This document shows, piece by piece, positions 1 through 7,258 of a stretch of 29,228 nucleotides of DNA. The stretch is taken from contig JACCUE010000051.1 of NCBI GenBank assembly GCA_013812005.1, forward strand, positions 1 to 29,228, in the 5' to 3' direction. Origin of the DNA: Thermoleophilaceae bacterium (lineage in GTDB: Bacteria > Actinomycetota > Thermoleophilia > Solirubrobacterales > Thermoleophilaceae). A model generated the notes under the pieces. That model saw only the letters and a program-made list of their open reading frames with translations, had not been told where the DNA came from and did not search any database. How positions within the stretch are numbered: position 1 is the stretch's first letter; the number at the start of each line of letters is the position of its first letter. The translations under genes and the position numbers were made by a program.

Positions 1-1854
1 CAGAGCCCCGCTGCCACCTGCGAGGCGCCGCTCGAGCTGACGAGCGACGGGCGGGCTGCATCGCTGCCGCTCGAGGAGGGCATCTACACGATCAGCCTGG
101 CCGACAGCTCGCGGTTGAGCTGCGACACGGCACGCGAACGGCTGCGCAGCTTCCTCGCCGAGGGTGACGCGTCGCTGCCCGAGCCGTGGACCGTGGATCG
201 CGCCACGGCCACCTTCACCCGTGGTGAGACCGGTGCGCCCGGCAAGGCCAGCTTCACCGTGCGTCCCCAGACGCCCGCCGCGGACGCCGCGGCCGGCGGC
301 GGGAGCTTCCTGGACGATCTCGAGAACTTCGCCGTGATCTGGCTCCCGGTGATCTTCATGGGCCTGATCGCGGTGGTGCTGCTCCTGACCCTGCGCTACA
401 TGCCGCGCACCAAGCCGCAGGAGATCACGCCTGAGAGCTCCGAGTCGATCGGCTGGGACGACGTGGCCGGAGTTGAGGAGGCCAAGGACGAGCTGCGCGA
501 AGTCGTCGAGTTCCTGCGTGACCCGGAGCGGTTCCGTTCGCTCGGGGCCAAGGTGCCCAAGGGGATCCTCCTCCACGGTCCGCCTGGCACCGGCAAGACG
601 CTTCTGGCCAAGGCCGTGGCCCACGAGTCCAACGCCAAGTTCTTCGCCCAGTCGGCCTCGTCGTTCGTGGAGATGTTCGCCGGGCTCGGCGCCGCCCGGA
701 TCCGGCGCCTGTTTCGCATGGCCCGCAAGCACGCGCCCGCGATCGTCTTCATCGACGAGCTGGACGCGGTCGGCGCCACCCGCGGCAACGACATCTCGGG
801 CGAGAAGGACCAGACGCTCAACCAGCTGCTGGTGGAGCTCGACGGCTTCGGTGGCGGCGACAACCTGGTGGTGATCGCCGCCTCCAATCTGATCGACAAG
901 CTCGACCCCGCGCTGCTGCGACCCGGCCGATTCGACCGGCAGATCTTCGTGACGCCGCCCGACCTCAAGGGCCGCAAGCAGATCCTCACCGTGCACACCG
1001 CCAACAAGCCGCTGGCCGACGACGTGGACCTGGAGCTGGTGGCCCGCCAGACCAGCGGCCTCACCGGAGCCGACCTGGCCAACATCTGCAACGAGGCGGC
1101 GATCTTCGCCGGGCGCGACCACCGCGGGAACATCCTCACCCGCGACTTCGAGGCCGCGCTGGAGAGAGTGGTGGCGGGCATGCAGTCGCGCCGCGTGATC
1201 ACCGATCATGAGAAGCGCCTGGTGGCCTACCACGAGGCGGGACACGCGCTGTGCTCGGAGTTGCTGCCCTCGGTGGAGAAGGTGCACAGGATCTCGATCA
1301 TCCCGCGGGGACAGGCTTTGGGCTACACGCTCAACCTGCCCGAGGAGGATCGCTACCTGAAGACCAGGGAAGAGCTGATGGACCTCCTCGTGGTCCTGCT
1401 GGGCGGACGGGTCACCGAGCACCTGATCTTCGGTCAGATCACGACCGGCGCCTCGGACGACCTCAGGAGGGTCCACGAGATCAGCCGGGCGATGATCACC
1501 GACTACGGCATGGGCACCAACCTGCAGTCCAAGCAGCTGCCGGCGGGGGACTACTCGATGTCGGACGCCACCCGCCGCATGATCGACGAGGAGCAGCAGT
1601 TCATCGCCGACCAGGCCCACCGCCGTGCACAGCAGATGGTGGCCGCCCACCGGCCGTTGCTCGAGCACTTCGCGCGCACGCTGCTCGACAACGAGGTGCT
1701 CGAACGCGACGACATCGAGCGGCTGGTGGCCGAGCACGAGGGCGCCCAGCCCCCCGCGCTTCGGCTCGAGCCCCTGCTCGACGGCAACGCGGGCGGCTCG
1801 AGCTCCGCGCCGCGCGTGGCGGCCAGCGAGCGGCTGGAGCCCGGCGCGAGCTGA
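1..1854 (+). CDS. ftsH: FtsH-like AAA+ zinc metalloprotease, 5'-truncated (frame 1 is open from base 1), with atypical N-terminal region and one visible TM helix
   Basis: Walker A GPPGTGKT, pore loop FVEMF, Walker B IVFIDELD, SRH ALLRPGRFDR, Zn motif HEAGH and downstream GASDD. TM segment FAVIWLPVIFMGLIAVVLLLTL. No stop in frame 1 upstream of the ORF-track TTG at 115. Confidence 0.92.
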   Translation, partial: QSPAATCEAPLELTSDGRAASLPLEEGIYTISLADSSRLSCDTARERLRSFLAEGDASLPEPWTVDRATATFTRGETGAPGKASFTVRPQTPAADAAAGGGSFLDDLENFAVIWLPVIFMGLIAVVLLLTLRYMPRTKPQEITPESSESIGWDDVAGVEEAKDELREVVEFLRDPERFRSLGAKVPKGILLHGPPGTGKTLLAKAVAHESNAKFFAQSASSFVEMFAGLGAARIRRLFRMARKHAPAIVFIDELDAVGATRGNDISGEKDQTLNQLLVELDGFGGGDNLVVIAASNLIDKLDPALLRPGRFDRQIFVTPPDLKGRKQILTVHTANKPLADDVDLELVARQTSGLTGADLANICNEAAIFAGRDHRGNILTRDFEAALERVVAGMQSRRVITDHEKRLVAYHEAGHALCSELLPSVEKVHRISIIPRGQALGYTLNLPEEDRYLKTREELMDLLVVLLGGRVTEHLIFGQITTGASDDLRRVHEISRAMITDYGMGTNLQSKQLPAGDYSMSDATRRMIDEEQQFIADQAHRRAQQMVAAHRPLLEHFARTLLDNEVLERDDIERLVAEHEGAQPPALRLEPLLDGNAGGSSSAPRVAASERLEPGAS

Positions 1855-2071
1855 GCGTCGCGGACCGCCATCCTCGAACTTACAGGTGTGCGACCCTTAG
1901 GAGCAGCGGCCAGCGCAGGGTCAGCCCGCGGCGGCCGAGTCTGAGCACTCTGGACATCGCTCCGTCGTGCCGACCGACATCTGAGCGTCCCGCAAGCCGA
2001 ACGCCAACCAGGACAGCGGCTTCGAACTCACTTTTACCCGGCGCGCACCCGGGTCCCGTAAGTCCGGGCGT

Positions 2072-3220
2072 CTAGAGGACGGTGAGTTGTAGGGCGGCGC
2101 CGGTCAGCCCGCAGCCGAGGACTACGAAGAGCACGGTCAGCTTGGCCTGGTAGCGGTACAGGAGGACGAACGCCGCCGTTGCGAGGATGCCCGTGGGCAC
2201 GTCGACGACGCTCTCGTTGAGGATTTCGATGGTCACGGCCGCGATGAGCCCGATGACGCCGGCGGCGACGCCGAGCAGGAACGGCCGGATGCGCGGGTTT
2301 TCGGCCACCGCCACGAGCTGGCGGTGGAAGAAGATCGGGAACACGAACGCGGGTAGGAAGATCCCGGCGGTGATCGCGAGGCTGCCGGTCAGCCCGCCGG
2401 CCAGGTAGCCGACAAAGGTCGAGAAGATGATCATCGGGGCGGGGAGGATCCCGCCGAGCGCGATCCCGTCGAGGAACTGTGCGTCGGTCAGCCAGCCCTG
2501 GGAGTCAACGGCTGTTTCTTGGAGGAAGGGCACGACGGTGTACGCGCCGCCGAAGGTGAGCAGTCCTGCCTTCAGGCCCTCGAGGAAGATCTCCACGCTC
2601 AGCGCGAGCGTGACTGTCCCCGCCACGAACGAGGCCGCCGACAGGGGCATCAGCGATAGCGATCGGACCGGGTTCGTGCCGGTTCCTGCTGTGGTCCAGA
2701 GCTCGTAGGCGAGCCCGGCGACCAGCAGCACGAGTACGAAGCTGAGGCCAAGTCCGAGCGTCAGCCCGAAGCTGGCGGCGGCGATGATCGCGAGCGGGAC
2801 GTCGTTGATGAACTTTCGCCCGAGGCGGACGATCGCCATCGCGACGAGCGCGCCGACCGCTGCCTTGAGTCCGTAGAAGAGCTCCTCGAAGCGCTCGTCG
2901 AGGCCGGCCTCGACGTAGAGGATCGAGAGGCCGAGCATCAGCACAAGGCCGGGGAGCATGAATCCGAGCCCCGCGACGAAGGCGCCGAGCTTGCCGCCCC
3001 TGATCCGCCCGAAGTAGACGCACAGCTCGTGCGCCTCGGGGCCCGGCAGCACCTGATAGACGGCAAGCGTCTTCTTGAAGGTCTCCTCGGAGACCCACTG
3101 CTCCTCGTCCACGCACTCCTTCGAGATCATCGCGATCTGCGCCGCGGGCCCGCCCCACGCGAGCAGCCCGAACTTCAGGAACCGGACGAACAGCGACCAG
3201 GGCGAATCGTGGCCGTCCAT
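2072..3220 (-). CDS. chrA: Chromate ion transporter (CHR family, long two-repeat form)
   Basis: Two repeats, WGGPAAQIAM...LPGP and FGGAY...LPAP, with many TM helices; 382 aa. Confidence 0.9.
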   Translation of the reverse strand: MDGHDSPWSLFVRFLKFGLLAWGGPAAQIAMISKECVDEEQWVSEETFKKTLAVYQVLPGPEAHELCVYFGRIRGGKLGAFVAGLGFMLPGLVLMLGLSILYVEAGLDERFEELFYGLKAAVGALVAMAIVRLGRKFINDVPLAIIAAASFGLTLGLGLSFVLVLLVAGLAYELWTTAGTGTNPVRSLSLMPLSAASFVAGTVTLALSVEIFLEGLKAGLLTFGGAYTVVPFLQETAVDSQGWLTDAQFLDGIALGGILPAPMIIFSTFVGYLAGGLTGSLAITAGIFLPAFVFPIFFHRQLVAVAENPRIRPFLLGVAAGVIGLIAAVTIEILNESVVDVPTGILATAAFVLLYRYQAKLTVLFVVLGCGLTGAALQLTVL

Positions 3221-3529
3221 GAGCGCGGCAGTCTGACGCCCTGCCGAGGACGACGCTTCGTACGCTCGGAGCGCGCGGAAGCCGCAGCGACAGCCGCGCC
3301 CGTACCCGCGCCTGGCTCGATCCCGCCGTCGCGTTGCTCATCGTCTACGTCGCCGTACGGGTCACGGGCTCGTGACTGCTCCCGGCGCCAAGCCATAAGT
3401 GGCGTTCGGTCACCAGGCCGACCTACGGAGTGCCGGCTTCCATGGCACGCGGCTCGTGCAAGACCGCGGGCTTCGTGGAAGCGCCCGGTTTGCACGGGAG
3501 GGCGAGGCCACCATCTAGACTCCCCGGCC

Positions 3530-3946
3530 GTGTTCGGGGCGATCGACCATATCGGTGTGGCCGTCGAGGATCTCGACGAGGGGATCGCCCTCTACCGGGA
3601 CCGCCTCGGCATGCGCGAGCAGCACCGCGAGACCGTCGAGGCGTTCGGGGTGGAGGCCGTGCTGCTGGAGATCGGTGGCTCGCACATCGAGCTGCTCACG
3701 CCGATCTCGCCGGATAGCGCCGTGGCCCGCTACCTCGACCGCAACGGGCCCGGCATGCACCACGTGGCCTATCGCACCGACGACATAGATGCCGCCCTCG
3801 AGCGGCTGCGCGAGTCGAGCGTGCGCCTGCTCGATGAGGAGCCCCGCGCCGGAATCCGTGATAGCCGTGTGGCGTTCGTGCATCCCAAGTCCACCGGCGG
3901 CGTGCTGACCGAGATCGTCCAACCAAGCGAGGACACACATGGCTGA
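3530..3946 (+). CDS. mce: Methylmalonyl-CoA epimerase (VOC fold)
   Basis: IDHIGVAV, IELL, GPGMHHVAY, AFVHPKSTGGVLTEIVQ motifs. GTG at 3530 lies 8 nt after TAGACT (3516-3521); the ORF-track start at 3029 is too far upstream. Confidence 0.9.
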   Translation: MFGAIDHIGVAVEDLDEGIALYRDRLGMREQHRETVEAFGVEAVLLEIGGSHIELLTPISPDSAVARYLDRNGPGMHHVAYRTDDIDAALERLRESSVRLLDEEPRAGIRDSRVAFVHPKSTGGVLTEIVQPSEDTHG

Positions 3947-4157
3947 TCTGAGGCGTATGGACGTCGGCTTCCAGGCGGGGGCGATACTGGCCGTCCGCGC
4001 GGAGGCAGAGGCCTACGACGCGCTGGTGGCCGCACTCACAGACGAGCGGGCAGACCGCTGGCACACCCTCGACACCGATGACTCGCAGATCCTGATCGAC
4101 CTCTCTCAGGTGATCTACATCCGCCGCGAGCGCGGAGACCAGCGCGTCGGGTTCTGA
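3939..4157 (+). CDS. Small hypothetical protein (72 aa)
   Basis: Overlaps the mce stop, SD-like GAGGA upstream, balanced non-shadow composition, and its stop abuts the next gene. Confidence 0.75.
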   Translation: MADLRRMDVGFQAGAILAVRAEAEAYDALVAALTDERADRWHTLDTDDSQILIDLSQVIYIRRERGDQRVGF

Positions 4158-4186
4158 TCCGGGCGCTGGACCTCGGCCTGCTGCGG

Positions 4187-4639
4187 GTGCTGCGGACCCG
4201 GGGTCACGCCCCGGTGCTCGAGCGCCTCGTACTGCCCTTCACCCGCGTCGGCGAGCACGGGGCTCTGTGGCTGGCCGGCTCTGCGCTGGGAGCGGTTCTC
4301 GACCGGCCCCGGCGCGCGGTCTACCTGCGAGCGATCCGGGTCGTGTGCATCGGATACCTCATCAATATCGCCATGAAGCACTTGGTGCGCCGCCCCCGCC
4401 CGGTGCTGGAAGACCTGCCGGCCCTCTCGTCCACGGTCTCGGGCCTGTCATATCCCTCGGCGCACTCCACCACGTCGTTCGCCGCGGCCCGGGTGCTCTC
4501 GGGCGGCCTGCCGGCTCCACCGCTGTATGCGTGCGCGGCGGCCATGGCCCTCTCGCGCGTCTACGCCGGCGTGCACTACCCGAGCGACATCGTGGCGGGC
4601 GCCCTGCTCGGTACCTCGCTCGCGGAGGTGCTCCCGTGA
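4187..4639 (+). CDS. PAP2-family membrane phosphatase (true start may be CTG at 4154)
   Basis: C1 KHLVRRPRP, C2 PSAH, C3 SRVYAGVHYPSD. Stop overlaps the ychF start (GTGA). Confidence 0.85.
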   Translation: MLRTRGHAPVLERLVLPFTRVGEHGALWLAGSALGAVLDRPRRAVYLRAIRVVCIGYLINIAMKHLVRRPRPVLEDLPALSSTVSGLSYPSAHSTTSFAAARVLSGGLPAPPLYACAAAMALSRVYAGVHYPSDIVAGALLGTSLAEVLP

Positions 4640-5718
4640 AGGTGGGGATCCTCGGGCTGCCCAACGCGGGCAAGTCTTCGCTGTTCAACGCGCTCACGCG
4701 TGCGGGGGCCCAGGCCGCCAACTACCCATTCACCACCGTGGAGCCCAACGTGGCGATTGTGAGCGTGCCCGACGAGCGGCTCGACCGGGTGGTCGAGACC
4801 GTGAGGGCTACACCCACCGTGTACGAGACAATGGAGTTCCACGACATCGCGGGGCTCGTCCGCGGCGCGCACAAGGGCGAGGGCCTGGGAAACCGCTTCC
4901 TGGCGAACATCCGCGAGACCGACGCCCTCGTGCACGTGGTGCGAGCGCATTCGGACGCCCAGGTCGTGCATCCCGAGGGCCGGGTCGACCCCCTGGCCGA
5001 CGTGGACACGGTGGAGACCGAGCTGCTCTACGCCGACCTCGAGCAGGCCGAGCGGCGCCTGGAGAAGGTCAGGCGCGAGGCCAAGTCTCTCGACAGGGCC
5101 AAGATGGCCGAGGAGGCGTGGCTGCGCGAACTGGTGGCCGCCCTCGGCGAGGGCCGGCCCGCGCGCTCTGTCGGAGTGCCCGAGGCCGCCGCCGGCGCGC
5201 TTGGCAACCTGCAGCCGCTCACCGCCAAGCCCGTGCTGTATCTGGCCAACGTGGGCGAGGGCGATCCGCTGGAGGTCCCACCGGCCCTGGCGCAGCACGC
5301 AGAGGCGGCGGGAGCGAGGTCTGCGGCGGTGTCGGCACGGATCGAGGCCGAGCTGTCCGAGCTCGACGCCGAGGAGGCCACCGGGATGCGCGCCGAGCTG
5401 GGCGCCGGGGAGTCCGGGCTGGCCACCGTGATCCGCGAGGCGTGGCAGCTGCTTGGCCTGATCTCCTTCTTCACCGCCGGCGAGGGCAAGGAGGGCCGCG
5501 CGTGGGCGATCCCCCGCGGCACGCCCGCCCGCCGCGCGGCCGGTGAGATCCACACCGACATCGAGCGCGGCTTCGTGGCCGCGGAGGTGGTCGGCTGGGA
5601 GGACCTGGTGGCCGCCGGCGGCTATACCGAGGCCCGCGAGCGCGCGAAGCTGAGGGTGGAGGGCCGCGGCTACGAGGTGCGCGACGGCGACGTGATCACG
5701 GTGCGCTTCACGCCCTGA
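4636..5718 (+). CDS. ychF: Redox-regulated ATPase YchF (Obg family)
   Basis: GILGLPNAGKS, NYPFTT, DIAGLV, G4 variant NVGE and TGS-domain IHTDIERGF. Start GTG at 4636 overlaps the PAP2 stop. Confidence 0.95.
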   Translation: MKVGILGLPNAGKSSLFNALTRAGAQAANYPFTTVEPNVAIVSVPDERLDRVVETVRATPTVYETMEFHDIAGLVRGAHKGEGLGNRFLANIRETDALVHVVRAHSDAQVVHPEGRVDPLADVDTVETELLYADLEQAERRLEKVRREAKSLDRAKMAEEAWLRELVAALGEGRPARSVGVPEAAAGALGNLQPLTAKPVLYLANVGEGDPLEVPPALAQHAEAAGARSAAVSARIEAELSELDAEEATGMRAELGAGESGLATVIREAWQLLGLISFFTAGEGKEGRAWAIPRGTPARRAAGEIHTDIERGFVAAEVVGWEDLVAAGGYTEARERAKLRVEGRGYEVRDGDVITVRFTP

Positions 5719-5723
5719 GGTCG

Positions 5724-7070
5724 CTAGCGCACGCGCACGGCGGGGCCGGCCACCGAGCCCACTCGCACGCGGTAGACCCCGGTGATTCCGACGGTGGTCC
5801 GGTAGCGCCCCTTGCGCGAGGTCCGGATCCGGCTCACACGCGCCCAGGTGTTCCCGCTGCGACGTTCGACCAGCACCCGCCTCGAGCGCGGCGCGGGCGC
5901 GAAGACCCCGGCGATCTCGGGGAAGCTTCCGCGGGCGTCACGAGCGCCGCGGGCGCGCTGGGCGACCTGAGAGGTCGAGACCTTCCGGAAGAATGCCCAG
6001 CTGTCGTACAGGTCCAGCCGCGCTCGGATGTCCGCGCCGCTCAGCATGCGCGAGCCACGCGAGCCGACGACCCGCGCGCGCACGATGCGTGGTGAGTTGC
6101 CGCGCCGCAGCACGTCGACGCGCCGGAGGGTGCCGGGCGCGCCCAGGCGAGCGCCCAGCTCGGAGCGCGAGAATCGAAACTGCCAGCGGTGGCGGGGGGA
6201 GATGTCGTCGTAGGGGTCGCGCACGCTCTCGAGGTAGGGCTGTGGCTGCGCGCCCAGAAAGGACAGCTCCACGTTCTCCGTGCGCCCGCCCGAGGTCGAG
6301 AAGTAGAAGGTCGTGACGGGGTCGCCGTCGTAGGTGAGCACTTGGCGGGCGGTGTCGGCCACGGCCTTGTTGGTGCGCGATGTCTCCGCCGAGACGCCGG
6401 CGTAGACCTGCGATCGGGTGTCCGGGTAGAGGTCGAACACCTGCCCGCGCTGGCGAGTGGCCAGCGCGTAGGTGCGCGCCGCCACGGCTTGGGCGCGCAG
6501 GGCGTCGTAGTCCCAGCTCGAGGGCATCTCACCGGGTACCACGCCCCCGAGGTAGGTGTCGATCGGCAGCGAGTTGATCGCCGTGACCCCTCCGATGGCG
6601 CCGGGGCGCAGCACCATCGCGCCGCGGTAGGTGCCCGAGTCGATCCCGTTGATCGCCGGGCCCATCAGCCTGATCGGCCGGTTCCCGGTCACCGAGATCG
6701 GGCCGCTGAAGGTGCCGGCGCCGGAGACCCGCAGGCGCCCACCGCCGGCCGGTCGAACGATGTGCAGACCGCGGCTGATCCTCTTGCCCCCCACGCGGGT
6801 GGCTCCGCTGAAGCGCACGTAGGGATCGCTGGCCTGCAGCAGCACCCGCACGGGGCGACTCGGCGCGCGGCCGATCTGGGTGCCCTTGTAGTAGTGCTTG
6901 AGGATCCGCACGTAGCCCACGCCGTTCTGGGCGAAGCCGTAGGCGCCGTACTGGCTCATGCCGATGCCGTGGCCGAAGCCCGCGCCACTGACCACGTGAC
7001 GGGTGGCGGCGCCGGCCGGAGGGGCGGCGAGCAGGGCGAGCAGTGCTGTGAGCAGGACGACGCGGCGCAT
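5724..7070 (-). CDS. Secreted SpoIID/LytB-domain lytic transglycosylase-like protein
   Basis: Signal peptide MRRVVLLTALLALLAAPPAGA, GFGHGIGMSQYGA, YLGGVVPGEMPSSW, ALRAQAVAARTYA, DTRSQVY, FYFSTSGGRT. Confidence 0.88.
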   Translation of the reverse strand: MRRVVLLTALLALLAAPPAGAATRHVVSGAGFGHGIGMSQYGAYGFAQNGVGYVRILKHYYKGTQIGRAPSRPVRVLLQASDPYVRFSGATRVGGKRISRGLHIVRPAGGGRLRVSGAGTFSGPISVTGNRPIRLMGPAINGIDSGTYRGAMVLRPGAIGGVTAINSLPIDTYLGGVVPGEMPSSWDYDALRAQAVAARTYALATRQRGQVFDLYPDTRSQVYAGVSAETSRTNKAVADTARQVLTYDGDPVTTFYFSTSGGRTENVELSFLGAQPQPYLESVRDPYDDISPRHRWQFRFSRSELGARLGAPGTLRRVDVLRRGNSPRIVRARVVGSRGSRMLSGADIRARLDLYDSWAFFRKVSTSQVAQRARGARDARGSFPEIAGVFAPAPRSRRVLVERRSGNTWARVSRIRTSRKGRYRTTVGITGVYRVRVGSVAGPAVRVR

Positions 7071-7161
7071 GGCGGGATTGGCGCGGTTACGGTGACAACA
7101 AACCGGCGCCGGCCCCCAAGGTAGCGGTCGGTCCCCCAGGGCGTGCCTGACTGGGCGTCAG

Positions 7162-7256
7162 GGGGAGGAGCGCAGGCCGATCGTCGCCGGAGGAGCGCAG
7201 GCCCATCGTTGATCGGCCGAGCACCGCACGGATGAATCTCCGGCGAGCACCGCACC
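7162..7256 (-). repeat. Copy A of a ~95-nt structured intergenic repeat element
   Basis: Its reverse complement aligns without gaps to 20969-21063 at about 79/95 identities (manual count). Begins 2 nt after the cyclase stop codon. Confidence 0.9.
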
Positions 7257-7258
7257 CA

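Noticed and set aside
1855-2071. Lower-GC 217-bp gap between ftsH and chrA with a repeated TCGAACT and an AAGCCG...CGGCTT stem
   Set aside because: No tRNA cloverleaf, no recognisable IS terminal repeat, and no credible ORF on either strand.
3221-3529. Cobalamin riboswitch upstream of mce, or fluoride riboswitch upstream of chrA
   Set aside because: The conserved cores of these riboswitches (GGGAA and B12-box; GGCGAUGG...GCUGAUG) were not found on the relevant strands.
7162-7256. Repeat-spacer periodicity resembling a mini-CRISPR array
   Set aside because: Repeats are only 11 nt and degenerate, spacers are about 14-18 nt and conserved between the two copies, and there are no cas genes. Kept as a non-CRISPR repeat.
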